Assembly (NCBI GenBank): GCA_913043225.1
Contig: CAJWLU010000014.1
Location: forward strand, 18,903-82,902
Direction: 5' to 3'
DNA: 64,000 nucleotides
From: an uncultured Acidobacteriota bacterium
Lineage (GTDB): Bacteria; Acidobacteriota; Vicinamibacteria; Vicinamibacterales; UBA8438
Shown here piece after piece: positions 32,700 through 39,802 of this stretch (positions within the stretch are counted from its first letter, which is position 1; every line of letters starts with the position of its first letter). A model generated the notes under the pieces. The model was not told where the DNA came from. It worked only from the letters and a program-made list of their open reading frames with translations, and did not search any database. The translations under genes and the position numbers were made by a program.

Positions 32700-32945
32700 T
32701 GGGGCGGGAACCCCACAGCCCCGCTGACGCACGCCGGCCGCGGCAGTCACCGAACCCTCCTGCACCTGAGTCACCAATAAACCGTCCTCAACGCCGAGGT
32801 AATCGGCTGAGTGCGAAGAGAGTTCCTGCACATTCACCCCAAGGCGCGGGCGACTGACACCAGCCACGTTTAAGTCGAACGTGTAGTCACGGTCCTCGTC
32901 CGGCACGAATCCACAGATCATTTCCGACAGCCGGTCAATTACCAA
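32700..32945 (-). pseudogene. Truncated PDZ-domain protein relic
   Basis: RPRLGVNVQELSSHSADYLGVEDGLLVTQVQEGSVTAAAGVR is the first half of a PDZ domain, then similarity is lost; no convincing start. Confidence 0.6.
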
Positions 32946-33044
32946 GCCGGCACCTGCGCTTCTTCAGATTCGAACTCGACCCAGTTGCAGAACGTCGGTG
33001 GCTGAACTCCACAGGGGACCCGGGCGTCACCGGGACAGGACGGT

Positions 33045-33218
33045 ACGCGTGGCCGGTGGGTGAATTCGGCCTAAATCCAGGGCCGGACCAATCCGGTACG
33101 CGTTTTGAACTAAGGGGGGTGGTCGCGCGGAGTCAACGGGGTGCGTTAACTCAGGCAGGCGCTGGCATCGCCGCATCCCGTCTCGTGGGGCATAGGCGAC
33201 TCCGCGTGACCCCTCTTA
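33045..33218 (+). other. Structured intergenic element (candidate ncRNA or MITE/REP-like relic)
   Basis: Hairpin 33045-33103 followed by a T run; second structure with stems 33111-33134/33198-33218 and 33136-33145/33172-33181; non-Watson-Crick pairs are G.U on the + strand. Confidence 0.5.
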
Positions 33219-33299
33219 CCAGGTCTTCTTCGGACGCAGGAGACAATCCCGCCCCCCCGCTGGCGGAGACACTCCCCACCAGCCGGGTATACTGGGAGG

Positions 33300-33746
33300 A
33301 TGGAGCCGCTCAGTCTGCCGCTCGACTATACCGCCATCGAGCGGATCCTGCCTCACCGGTATCCCTTCTTGCTCGTTGACCGCATCACCGAATTCGAGGA
33401 GGACAAGCGGATCGTTGGGATCAAGAATGTCTCGCTCAACGAACAGTGCCTGGCTCGTCGCCCAGGCGAGCGGCCAGCGCTGCCGCCGACGATCCTCACG
33501 GAGGCGGTGGCCCAAGTTGGGGCCATCCTGATCCTGGCCAAGCCGGAGAACCGCGAGAAGCTAATCTACATCGCCGGAATCGAGCGGGTCCGGTATCGGC
33601 GACCCGCCTACCCCGGCGACGTCGTCAACATCGAGGTCAACGTCAAACGACTCCGGCGCCGGATGGGCCAGCTCCATGGCACCGCGACTACGGGGGGTGA
33701 GGTGGTACTGGAAGGCCGGATGACGTTCGCCCTCGGCACCGCCTGA
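33300..33746 (+). CDS. FabZ-like hot-dog fold protein (catalytic His absent)
   Basis: LPHRYPFLLVDRI, GIKNVSLNE, EAVAQ, PGD; the usual GHFP segment reads LARRPG. Confidence 0.85.
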   Translation: MEPLSLPLDYTAIERILPHRYPFLLVDRITEFEEDKRIVGIKNVSLNEQCLARRPGERPALPPTILTEAVAQVGAILILAKPENREKLIYIAGIERVRYRRPAYPGDVVNIEVNVKRLRRRMGQLHGTATTGGEVVLEGRMTFALGTA

Positions 33747-33901
33747 CTGCGAACTCAAACGGCCTTGGGTTCTATTAAGAGTGGCAGAATCTCAAATTGC
33801 GGACCTCGCTGAGGTGGCGCCCACTGCCGGCGAACCCCTCCAGCAAGAAGCGGGAAATCTACGCACACTCACTCGTGTTCACTCAATCTGGTGGAAGTTA
33901 A

Positions 33902-34081
33902 ATGGGACAAAACCCTGTGGGCCCGGAAGTGGACCAAGAGATGAGGGATCGGTTCATCGAGCGCCGGAGGCTCATAAAGCAAATAGAGGAGGACGCGGCT
34001 AGATGCCTCAAAGTGGACGTCAACAATCCTGAAGACCCGGTCTTCATAGATAAGGATGAAGATGAGGCGGGGCAGAGATAA
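33902..34081 (+). CDS. Possible 59-aa small protein in a lower-GC patch
   Basis: MGQNPVGPEVDQEMRDRFIERRRLIKQIEEDAARCLKVDVNNPEDPVFIDKDEDEAGQR; below the ORF-track cutoff. Confidence 0.3.
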   Translation: MGQNPVGPEVDQEMRDRFIERRRLIKQIEEDAARCLKVDVNNPEDPVFIDKDEDEAGQR

Positions 34082-34220
34082 GATCTTCCTTCGGATAGGC
34101 TATTCGAGACCGGGAAAAAGCCAAATCAGTGTTTTGAGTTCGCACGAAGCACGACTCGTAGCGCACTCACTATTGCTCCAGGCTGAACGGGTCGACCGCC
34201 CCGAAACCCAGCCAGTCTAG
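34056..34220 (+). CDS. Possible 54-aa small protein in a lower-GC patch
   Basis: MKMRRGRDKIFLRIGYSRPGKSQISVLSSHEARLVAHSLLLQAERVDRPETQPV; overlaps the previous ORF. Confidence 0.3.
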   Translation: MKMRRGRDKIFLRIGYSRPGKSQISVLSSHEARLVAHSLLLQAERVDRPETQPV

Positions 34221-34289
34221 AGGAGATCGTTCATCTCGTTGCTTTTCCAGCCTGCGTTGTCCGGAACGCCAGGTGATAGAATCTGACGA

Positions 34290-34964
34290 ATGGGTTCGAA
34301 GAAGAATCGGAATCGAGCGGCGCCAACTCCGGTCGCCGAGCCACCGTCGAACGGGGCCCCGTGGCCGCTGATCGCCGTGGTGGCTGTGGCGCTGGCCGGG
34401 GGCGGCATCTACATGGCCACTTCGTCCTCGGGTAGTGGGGACACTGACGGGGCCCAGACGGCGTCTGCACAAATGGCCACCGAGACCGCAGCGCCGGCCG
34501 CTCCGTCGAGCACGACCGCGGCGCCAGGCGCCGCCGCGCCGGCGGAAGCGGAGCCAACGACGACCGCGGCTCGCACGCCACTCCCCGACGACCTGCCGAT
34601 GCCTCCGTTACCGTATGTGCCTCGGGCTGCGGCTGGACCGCCGGAACTGATGCAGCAGGCCTACGTCTTCGCGGCCAAGAACCCGCACATCCTTGACTAT
34701 GTGCCTTGCTACTGCGGCTGTGGCCAGACGGACGGCCACATTGGCAACACCGACTGCTTCGTCGATCGACGGGCGCCGAACGGCGCCGTGGAGGCGTGGG
34801 ACACCCACGGCATGACTTGAAGCCACTGCCTAGCTGTCGCGCGTGACGCGATGCAGATGAACGCCCTGGGCGCTTCCCCCTCCGATATCCAGCGAGCCGT
34901 CAAGACCAAGTACGCTTCCCAGTCGGCCTACGCCACCCCGACGCCTCCGGCGCCGGCTAACTAG
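34290..34964 (+). CDS. PCYCGC-motif membrane-anchored protein, predicted selenoprotein with Sec at TGA 34818-34820
   Basis: TM anchor, A/P/T linker, YVPCYCGC...GH...DCF...WDTHGMT-TGA-SHCLAVARDAMQM...KTKY...TPTPPAPAN-TAG (224 aa). TGA sits at the first Cys of the family's HGxxCxxC motif. Confidence 0.88.
34836..34852 (+). promoter_or_regulatory. Putative SECIS hairpin of the PCYCGC gene
   Basis: GTCGCG-CGTGA-CGCGAT stem-loop starting at the 16th nt 3' of the UGA. Confidence 0.6.
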
Positions 34965-35041
34965 CGGGGCGCGCCCGTCTCGTCCGGCCGTGTGTACACC
35001 CTCTGCCGCGCCGATCCCGCCGTAGCCCGCTATAATCGCGC

Positions 35042-36562
35042 GTGTCTCCGTCGCGCCCCCGACCCAAGGCGGCCGAGCTTGGCCGGCTGTTCGGTTCCGT
35101 CCGAGCCGGTGTCTATCTCGGTCCGCTGGAGGGTGGTGGTCCCCCAACTGGCGTAAACCCGCATCTGCAACTGATGTTCGGCTACGACCCGACGGCGTCT
35201 CCGCCGCCGGTGCACCCCTTTTCTGCCGATCGTTTTGTCGACCCGCAGGCGCGCGACGCCTTTTTCGCTGAGCTGACCCGCGACGGCGCTGTCGCCGACT
35301 ACCTGCTCCGATTGCGGCGAGCCGACGACACCACCGTCTGGGTCGAAGTTACCGCCACGCTGCATCCGGATCCAGACGGCGGTCCGGCGCAGATCGACGC
35401 TATCCTGCGCGACGTCAGCGAACGACGGAAGCTCGAAGACCGAGGGCGCAACCTCAGCCAACAGTTCTTGCAGTCCGAGAAGATGGCTGCTCTCGGGCAA
35501 ACCGTGTCTGGCGTGGCGCACGAACTCAACAATCCCCTCGCGACGATCCTTACCTGGGCCGAACGTCTCGCCAGCCGCAACGTCGATACCGGGACGCGCC
35601 ACGGTCTCGAGACCATCCTGAGCGAAGCCGAACGAGCCGCCAAGATCGTCAGGAACTTGCTGACGTTCGCGCGGAAGCGCAACACAACCCGCGCGCTCGT
35701 TGATGTGAACGTCATCGTGCGAGACACCCTCGCGTTACGCGCTTACGAGCAGCGGGTCTCCAATGTCACGACGATCGATGCCCTAGCGGGTGGCTTGCCG
35801 CAGGTCTTCGCCGATCCGCATCAGGTCAAGCAAGTGTTGCTCAACCTGGTGATCAACGCCGAGCAGGCGATGCTTGCAGCGCACGGACGGGGCACGCTGG
35901 TGACCCGCACCTGGTACGACGACGAAGCCGAGATGGTGATGCTGGAGATCAGCGACGATGGCCCGGGCGTACCCAACGAGGCGCAGAGTAAGATCTTCGA
36001 TCCCTTCTTCACCACCAAGGCAGTAGGCAAGGGCACTGGCCTCGGTCTCACGATGGCATATGCAATCGTCGAGGAACACGGTGGCCAGATCTGGCTGCGC
36101 TCCGGCGCAGAGGGCGCGTCGTTTTTCGTGTCTTTTCCGGCAGCGTCGGGCCACCACCGTCCTGCCGCGCCGCCGGTACCGCCGCCGCCCGCCACAGCCG
36201 GCTCGGCTGTGCTCGTGGTGGAGGACGAACCGGCCCTCGCGACCGCCGTGACCGACGCCCTTCGTGACGCCGGCTATCAGGTGGCGCACGCCGAAGATGG
36301 CCAGGCGGGGCTCGAGCGTATCCGGCAGGACAGATTCGATCTGGTGATCTGCGACCTAAAGATGCCAAGGCTAGACGGACCAGCGTTCTTTCGGGTGCTC
36401 TCGAAGGAGCAGCCGGGGCTGGCTCGGCACGTAGTCTTCGTCACCGGCGACGTGGCCGGGACGGACGCGGAACGGTTCCTGACCGAAAGCGGGTGCCGTT
36501 GGCTTCCGAAACCGTTCCGTCTAACGGATCTGCTGCGCGTCACCGAGGACGTGCTGCGTTGA
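35042..36562 (+). CDS. Hybrid sensor histidine kinase (PAS-HisKA-HATPase-REC)
   Basis: QSEKMAALGQ...VAHELNNPL, QVLLNLVINA, DDGPG, FDPFFTTK..GTGLGL, C-terminal REC (VVEDE, DLKMP, KPF). Confidence 0.93.
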   Translation: MSPSRPRPKAAELGRLFGSVRAGVYLGPLEGGGPPTGVNPHLQLMFGYDPTASPPPVHPFSADRFVDPQARDAFFAELTRDGAVADYLLRLRRADDTTVWVEVTATLHPDPDGGPAQIDAILRDVSERRKLEDRGRNLSQQFLQSEKMAALGQTVSGVAHELNNPLATILTWAERLASRNVDTGTRHGLETILSEAERAAKIVRNLLTFARKRNTTRALVDVNVIVRDTLALRAYEQRVSNVTTIDALAGGLPQVFADPHQVKQVLLNLVINAEQAMLAAHGRGTLVTRTWYDDEAEMVMLEISDDGPGVPNEAQSKIFDPFFTTKAVGKGTGLGLTMAYAIVEEHGGQIWLRSGAEGASFFVSFPAASGHHRPAAPPVPPPPATAGSAVLVVEDEPALATAVTDALRDAGYQVAHAEDGQAGLERIRQDRFDLVICDLKMPRLDGPAFFRVLSKEQPGLARHVVFVTGDVAGTDAERFLTESGCRWLPKPFRLTDLLRVTEDVLR

Positions 36563-36568
36563 CCGGAA

Positions 36569-37420
36569 CTAGCCCGCTACGGCCACCGCCTCGGCCGCCT
36601 GGCCGCGTCGCGGTGACAACCGGGCCTTAGCCATCTTTAGCACCCGCTTCGGCTGCTTCTTGAGTGTAGCCGCGGTCATCGCCGTCGCCACTTGCTCTGG
36701 CTTGAGGTCAGGGCCAAGGATTTTGCGGAGCCGCTGCACGGCACGCGCATGCAGCTGCGAAACACGAGACTCGTTGACGCCGATCTCCTGGCCGATTTGC
36801 TTCATGGTGACCTCGCCGTAGTAGTACAGCCCGATCACCTTCCGCTCGCGCCAGGGCAACGCCTTGATCGCGTCTCTGACCCGCGAGGCCACCTCTCCGC
36901 GCTCGCAGGCCTTGTCGGGCGTCGGCCTCTCAGGTGGCACCATGACCGGCGGCAGATTGACACCGCTGACCGCGTCGACGTTGGCCATCGGCGATGTCGA
37001 CTCGATGGTATTGATACGGACGATCGTCCGACCCAGGCGTGCTTCATCTGAGCCCATATGTTCGGCCAGCTCAGCCAGCGAGGGCTCCGCGCCCATCTCA
37101 TGTCGCAGCTTCTCGCGAGCTGCCTCCAACTCCCGCCGCACCCGCCGTATACCGCGCGGCCAGGCATCACGCCGTAGAGCATCGATCATCGCGCCCCGGA
37201 CGCGACGTTCTGCAAAGGTTTCGAACTTGATGCCACGCGTTTCGTCGAATCGATGCGCCGCGTCGATAAGACCGATCATGCCATCCTGCACGAGGTCTCC
37301 CAGGTCAATCGAATGGGGCATCGACGCCGCCATGCGGCGCGCCAACGCTTCGACGAATGGCAGACTCGCGGCGATGCGATCTTGGTCCTTGTCGTCGAGC
37401 ACTTGAGATTTAGTCGTCAC
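36569..37420 (-). CDS. fliA: FliA/WhiG family RNA polymerase sigma-28 factor
   Basis: DLVQDGMIGLIDAA, RVRGAMIDALR, LYY.EVTMKQIG..IGVNESRVSQLH; GGAGG RBS before GTG. Confidence 0.9.
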   Translation of the reverse strand: MTTKSQVLDDKDQDRIAASLPFVEALARRMAASMPHSIDLGDLVQDGMIGLIDAAHRFDETRGIKFETFAERRVRGAMIDALRRDAWPRGIRRVRRELEAAREKLRHEMGAEPSLAELAEHMGSDEARLGRTIVRINTIESTSPMANVDAVSGVNLPPVMVPPERPTPDKACERGEVASRVRDAIKALPWRERKVIGLYYYGEVTMKQIGQEIGVNESRVSQLHARAVQRLRKILGPDLKPEQVATAMTAATLKKQPKRVLKMAKARLSPRRGQAAEAVAVAG

Positions 37421-37489
37421 GCTATGCCTCCGGCGTTAGTTCCGGCGCCATCGTAATGACGTCGCCGTGGGTGCGAACCCCCCGTTATC

Positions 37490-37504
37490 GCAAGCGTGGT
37501 GCCA
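37490..37504 (-). promoter_or_regulatory. Sigma-54 (-24/-12) promoter of the sigma28 gene
   Basis: Minus strand TGGCAC-CACGC-TTGC, an exact TGGCAC-N5-TTGC consensus, 70 nt upstream of the start. Confidence 0.88.
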
Positions 37505-37551
37505 GCCTGAACCCGGACTGGTCACAAACTGGAATTCTGCCAAGACATGCT

Positions 37552-37601
37552 TCGTAAGCTGTTTATTTTCATGTGTTTATTTAGTTAGTCTTATTTCAGT
37601 T
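37552..37601. promoter_or_regulatory. AT-rich tract, candidate IHF/bending site
   Basis: TAAGCTGTTTATTTTCATGTGTTTATTTAGTTAG between the promoter and the enhancer boxes; approximate match to WATCAANNNNTTR. Confidence 0.5.
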
Positions 37602-37635
37602 CACCAACTGCCATGGTAGAACTCCACTGCAGCAC

Positions 37636-37682
37636 GACAATATATTGACGATCTAAACCAGGCAGACCGCCATTTTTTTGAC
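37636..37682. promoter_or_regulatory. Two FleQ-type enhancer boxes
   Basis: GACAATATATTGAC (37636-37649) and GCCATTTTTTTGAC (37669-37682), 33 bp apart, resembling the GTCANTAAATTGAC FleQ consensus. Confidence 0.65.
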
Positions 37683-37724
37683 AAAAAGGGCCGGTGGCGA
37701 AAGGGTGGGGTGAGGAGCCGCTGA

Positions 37725-37922
37725 CTAACGGTCCTGGCAGCGCTCGCGGATGTGCCGAGCGGCGCTGATCGCCTCGACCGCGCCGGACACGATCTGCTCA
37801 GCGCGGGCACGACTGACGCTGTCGGCCAGCTTGCCCTCAAGCAGCTCGGCGTTGGCGAGGATGATGCCGAGCTGATTGTTCAGCCGATGAAAAAGGGCGC
37901 CAATGTCGGGCGGCTGGTCCAT
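37725..37922 (-). CDS. Stand-alone HisKA-like (DHp) microprotein
   Basis: 65 aa; LFHRLNNQLGIILANAELL mirrors the H-box of the nearby kinase (AHELNNPLATILTWAERL). Confidence 0.75.
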   Translation of the reverse strand: MDQPPDIGALFHRLNNQLGIILANAELLEGKLADSVSRARAEQIVSGAVEAISAARHIRERCQDR

Positions 37923-37997
37923 CTCTAGAGGATCCGGTCGCAAATGCGGAAACGGTACCTGGCTGCGCATGACCTCGATCCGCGGTTAGCGTGCGGC

Positions 37998-38204
37998 TTA
38001 GCGGTCGGTATGCGCCGACGTGAGCGGTGCCGACGCGCCGTCCGGCTCACGCCACAGCGTGTCGACAAAGATGCGGACCGAGCCCCCGGCGGTGCGGACA
38101 TATTCGACCTTCCCGCTGGCGATCCAGTTGTAGATCGTGCGGCGGCTAACGCCAACCAGGTCGCAGGCTTTCATGATCGAGATCGTTTTCCTATCGACTA
38201 TCAT
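37998..38204 (-). CDS. Excisionase/HTH_17-type small DNA-binding protein
   Basis: SIMKACDLVGVSRRTIYNWIASGKVEYVRTAGGSVRI. Confidence 0.85.
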   Translation of the reverse strand: MIVDRKTISIMKACDLVGVSRRTIYNWIASGKVEYVRTAGGSVRIFVDTLWREPDGASAPLTSAHTDR

Positions 38205-38376
38205 CTCTAGCGCTCGCATCCGGCCTGTCTCATCCCCCGCTCCACGGCATCTTCCGTGGCCCCGCTCAACTTCTCTCCGCAGGCTCAAAGGGTGGTATCG
38301 GCACAGCGTCTCCACGTCATTAGTCCCTACGAAGAATCGGGTTAGGTACGCGCCTTGACGGGCTCAAGCCAGCGGT

Positions 38377-38390
38377 GTCAAAGTATTGGC
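38377..38390. promoter_or_regulatory. Third FleQ-type box in the activator's own promoter
   Basis: GTCAAAGTATTGGC, 16 bp downstream of TTGACG (38355-38360) and 12 bp before ATG 38403. Confidence 0.55.
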
Positions 38391-38402
38391 GGTTTCTTGT
38401 AA

Positions 38403-39788
38403 ATGACTGACAGAGAAACACATCTGCTTATCGTAGAGGACGAAGCTCCGCTGCGTCAGGCCACCGCCGAACGACTAGCGGAACATGGCTATTTGGTTGT
38501 GGAGGCAGAAAGCGGCGAGGTGGCCATCGAACAGCTAGCCAAATTCGCGTTCGATGTGGTGCTGACCGACCTGCGCCTCCCTGGCATCGACGGGACCGCC
38601 GTGCTTGAGGCGGCGCTTGAACGCTATCCGGAAATCGTGTGTATCGTGGTCACCGGCTTCGGCACAGTCAAGGACGCCGTCGACGCCATCAAGCGGGGCG
38701 CCGCGGAGTTCATCACCAAGCCCTTCCAATTCGATCAGCTTTTGCATGTACTGTCATCGGCCCTCGAGCAACGGCGGCTCCGCTCAGAGAACGCCTACCT
38801 CCGCTCACAACTCGAGGAGCGCTATCGTTTTGACGGACTCGTGGGCCAGAGCGCACCGATGCGCGAGCTGTTCGAACTGCTAGAGACAGTAGCCGGCGCG
38901 TCGAGCACCGTGCTCATTACCGGGGAGACCGGCACCGGGAAAGAACTCGCGGCACGGGCTATTCACCATAACAGCGACCGGCGGGCCCACCGCTTCGTCG
39001 CGCTCAACTGCGGCGCCCTGCCAGAAACGTTGCTCGAAGCCGAACTGTTCGGACATATTCGCGGTGCCTATACCGGGGCGGTCAGCAATCGGGCGGGCCG
39101 TCTGGAAGCGGCCGACCGCGGCACAGTGTTCCTGGACGAAGTCGGCACCATGCCGCCCAGTCTTCAGGTCAAACTCCTGCGAGTACTGCAGGAGCGGGAG
39201 CTGGAACGTCTCGGAGACACTCGCACGATCCGCATCGATGTCCGGGTCATAGCCGCCACCAACGCGAATCTGGCGCAGATGGTCACCGACGGGCAGTTTC
39301 GTGAGGATTTGTTCTATCGGCTCAACGTCATTCCGGTCCGGCTGCCCTCTCTCCGAGAACGCCGGGACGACATTCCGCTGCTGGTGCAGCACTTCGTCGA
39401 GCGGCTTACCGGTCAGGACGGCGGGCGGCGGGACGTTCGGGTCACGCAGGAAGCGATGCGGCAGCTGATGGGCTTCAGCTGGCCGGGGAACATCCGACAG
39501 CTCGAGAACGTGGTCGAACGCGCCCTGGCCCTCGGTCGGGACCGGACGCAGCTCGACGTCGCGGATCTCCCACCAGAGATCAGAGAGGGCCCCAGCGTGG
39601 GTCAGCCGCAGCCCGTCGAGATTCCGGAAGAAGGCGTGGACCTGCCGGGCCACATCGCCGCCCTGGAGCGAAGGTTCATCCAGCAGGCCCTCGCCGAGAC
39701 TGATGGGAACAAACAGCAGGCCGCCGAGCGCCTGGGACTCAAGCGCACCACGCTCGTAGAGAAGGTGAAACGGCTGCGGCCACAATAA
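38403..39788 (+). CDS. Sigma-54-dependent response regulator (REC-AAA-HTH), FleQ/FlrA-like HTH
   Basis: REC with DLRLP, GETGTGKE, ELFGHIRGAYTGA, FLDEV, FREDLFYRLNV, WPGNIRQLEN, HTH AAERLGLKRTTLVEK. Confidence 0.93.
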   Translation: MTDRETHLLIVEDEAPLRQATAERLAEHGYLVVEAESGEVAIEQLAKFAFDVVLTDLRLPGIDGTAVLEAALERYPEIVCIVVTGFGTVKDAVDAIKRGAAEFITKPFQFDQLLHVLSSALEQRRLRSENAYLRSQLEERYRFDGLVGQSAPMRELFELLETVAGASSTVLITGETGTGKELAARAIHHNSDRRAHRFVALNCGALPETLLEAELFGHIRGAYTGAVSNRAGRLEAADRGTVFLDEVGTMPPSLQVKLLRVLQERELERLGDTRTIRIDVRVIAATNANLAQMVTDGQFREDLFYRLNVIPVRLPSLRERRDDIPLLVQHFVERLTGQDGGRRDVRVTQEAMRQLMGFSWPGNIRQLENVVERALALGRDRTQLDVADLPPEIREGPSVGQPQPVEIPEEGVDLPGHIAALERRFIQQALAETDGNKQQAAERLGLKRTTLVEKVKRLRPQ

Positions 39789-39802
39789 ACCGGAGGAGGC
39801 CG

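Noticed and set aside
33038..33113. Superficial tRNA-Sec resemblance (CCGGTGG...AAATCCAG...CCGGA-CCAA-TCCGG)
   Set aside because: No TTCAAA anticodon loop, no acceptor-stem pairing and no GTTCRA T-loop; a single long hairpin explains it better.
37998..38204. Prophage or integrative element suggested by the excisionase-like gene
   Set aside because: No integrase, att repeat, tRNA or phage genes; the gene sits inside a signalling cassette.
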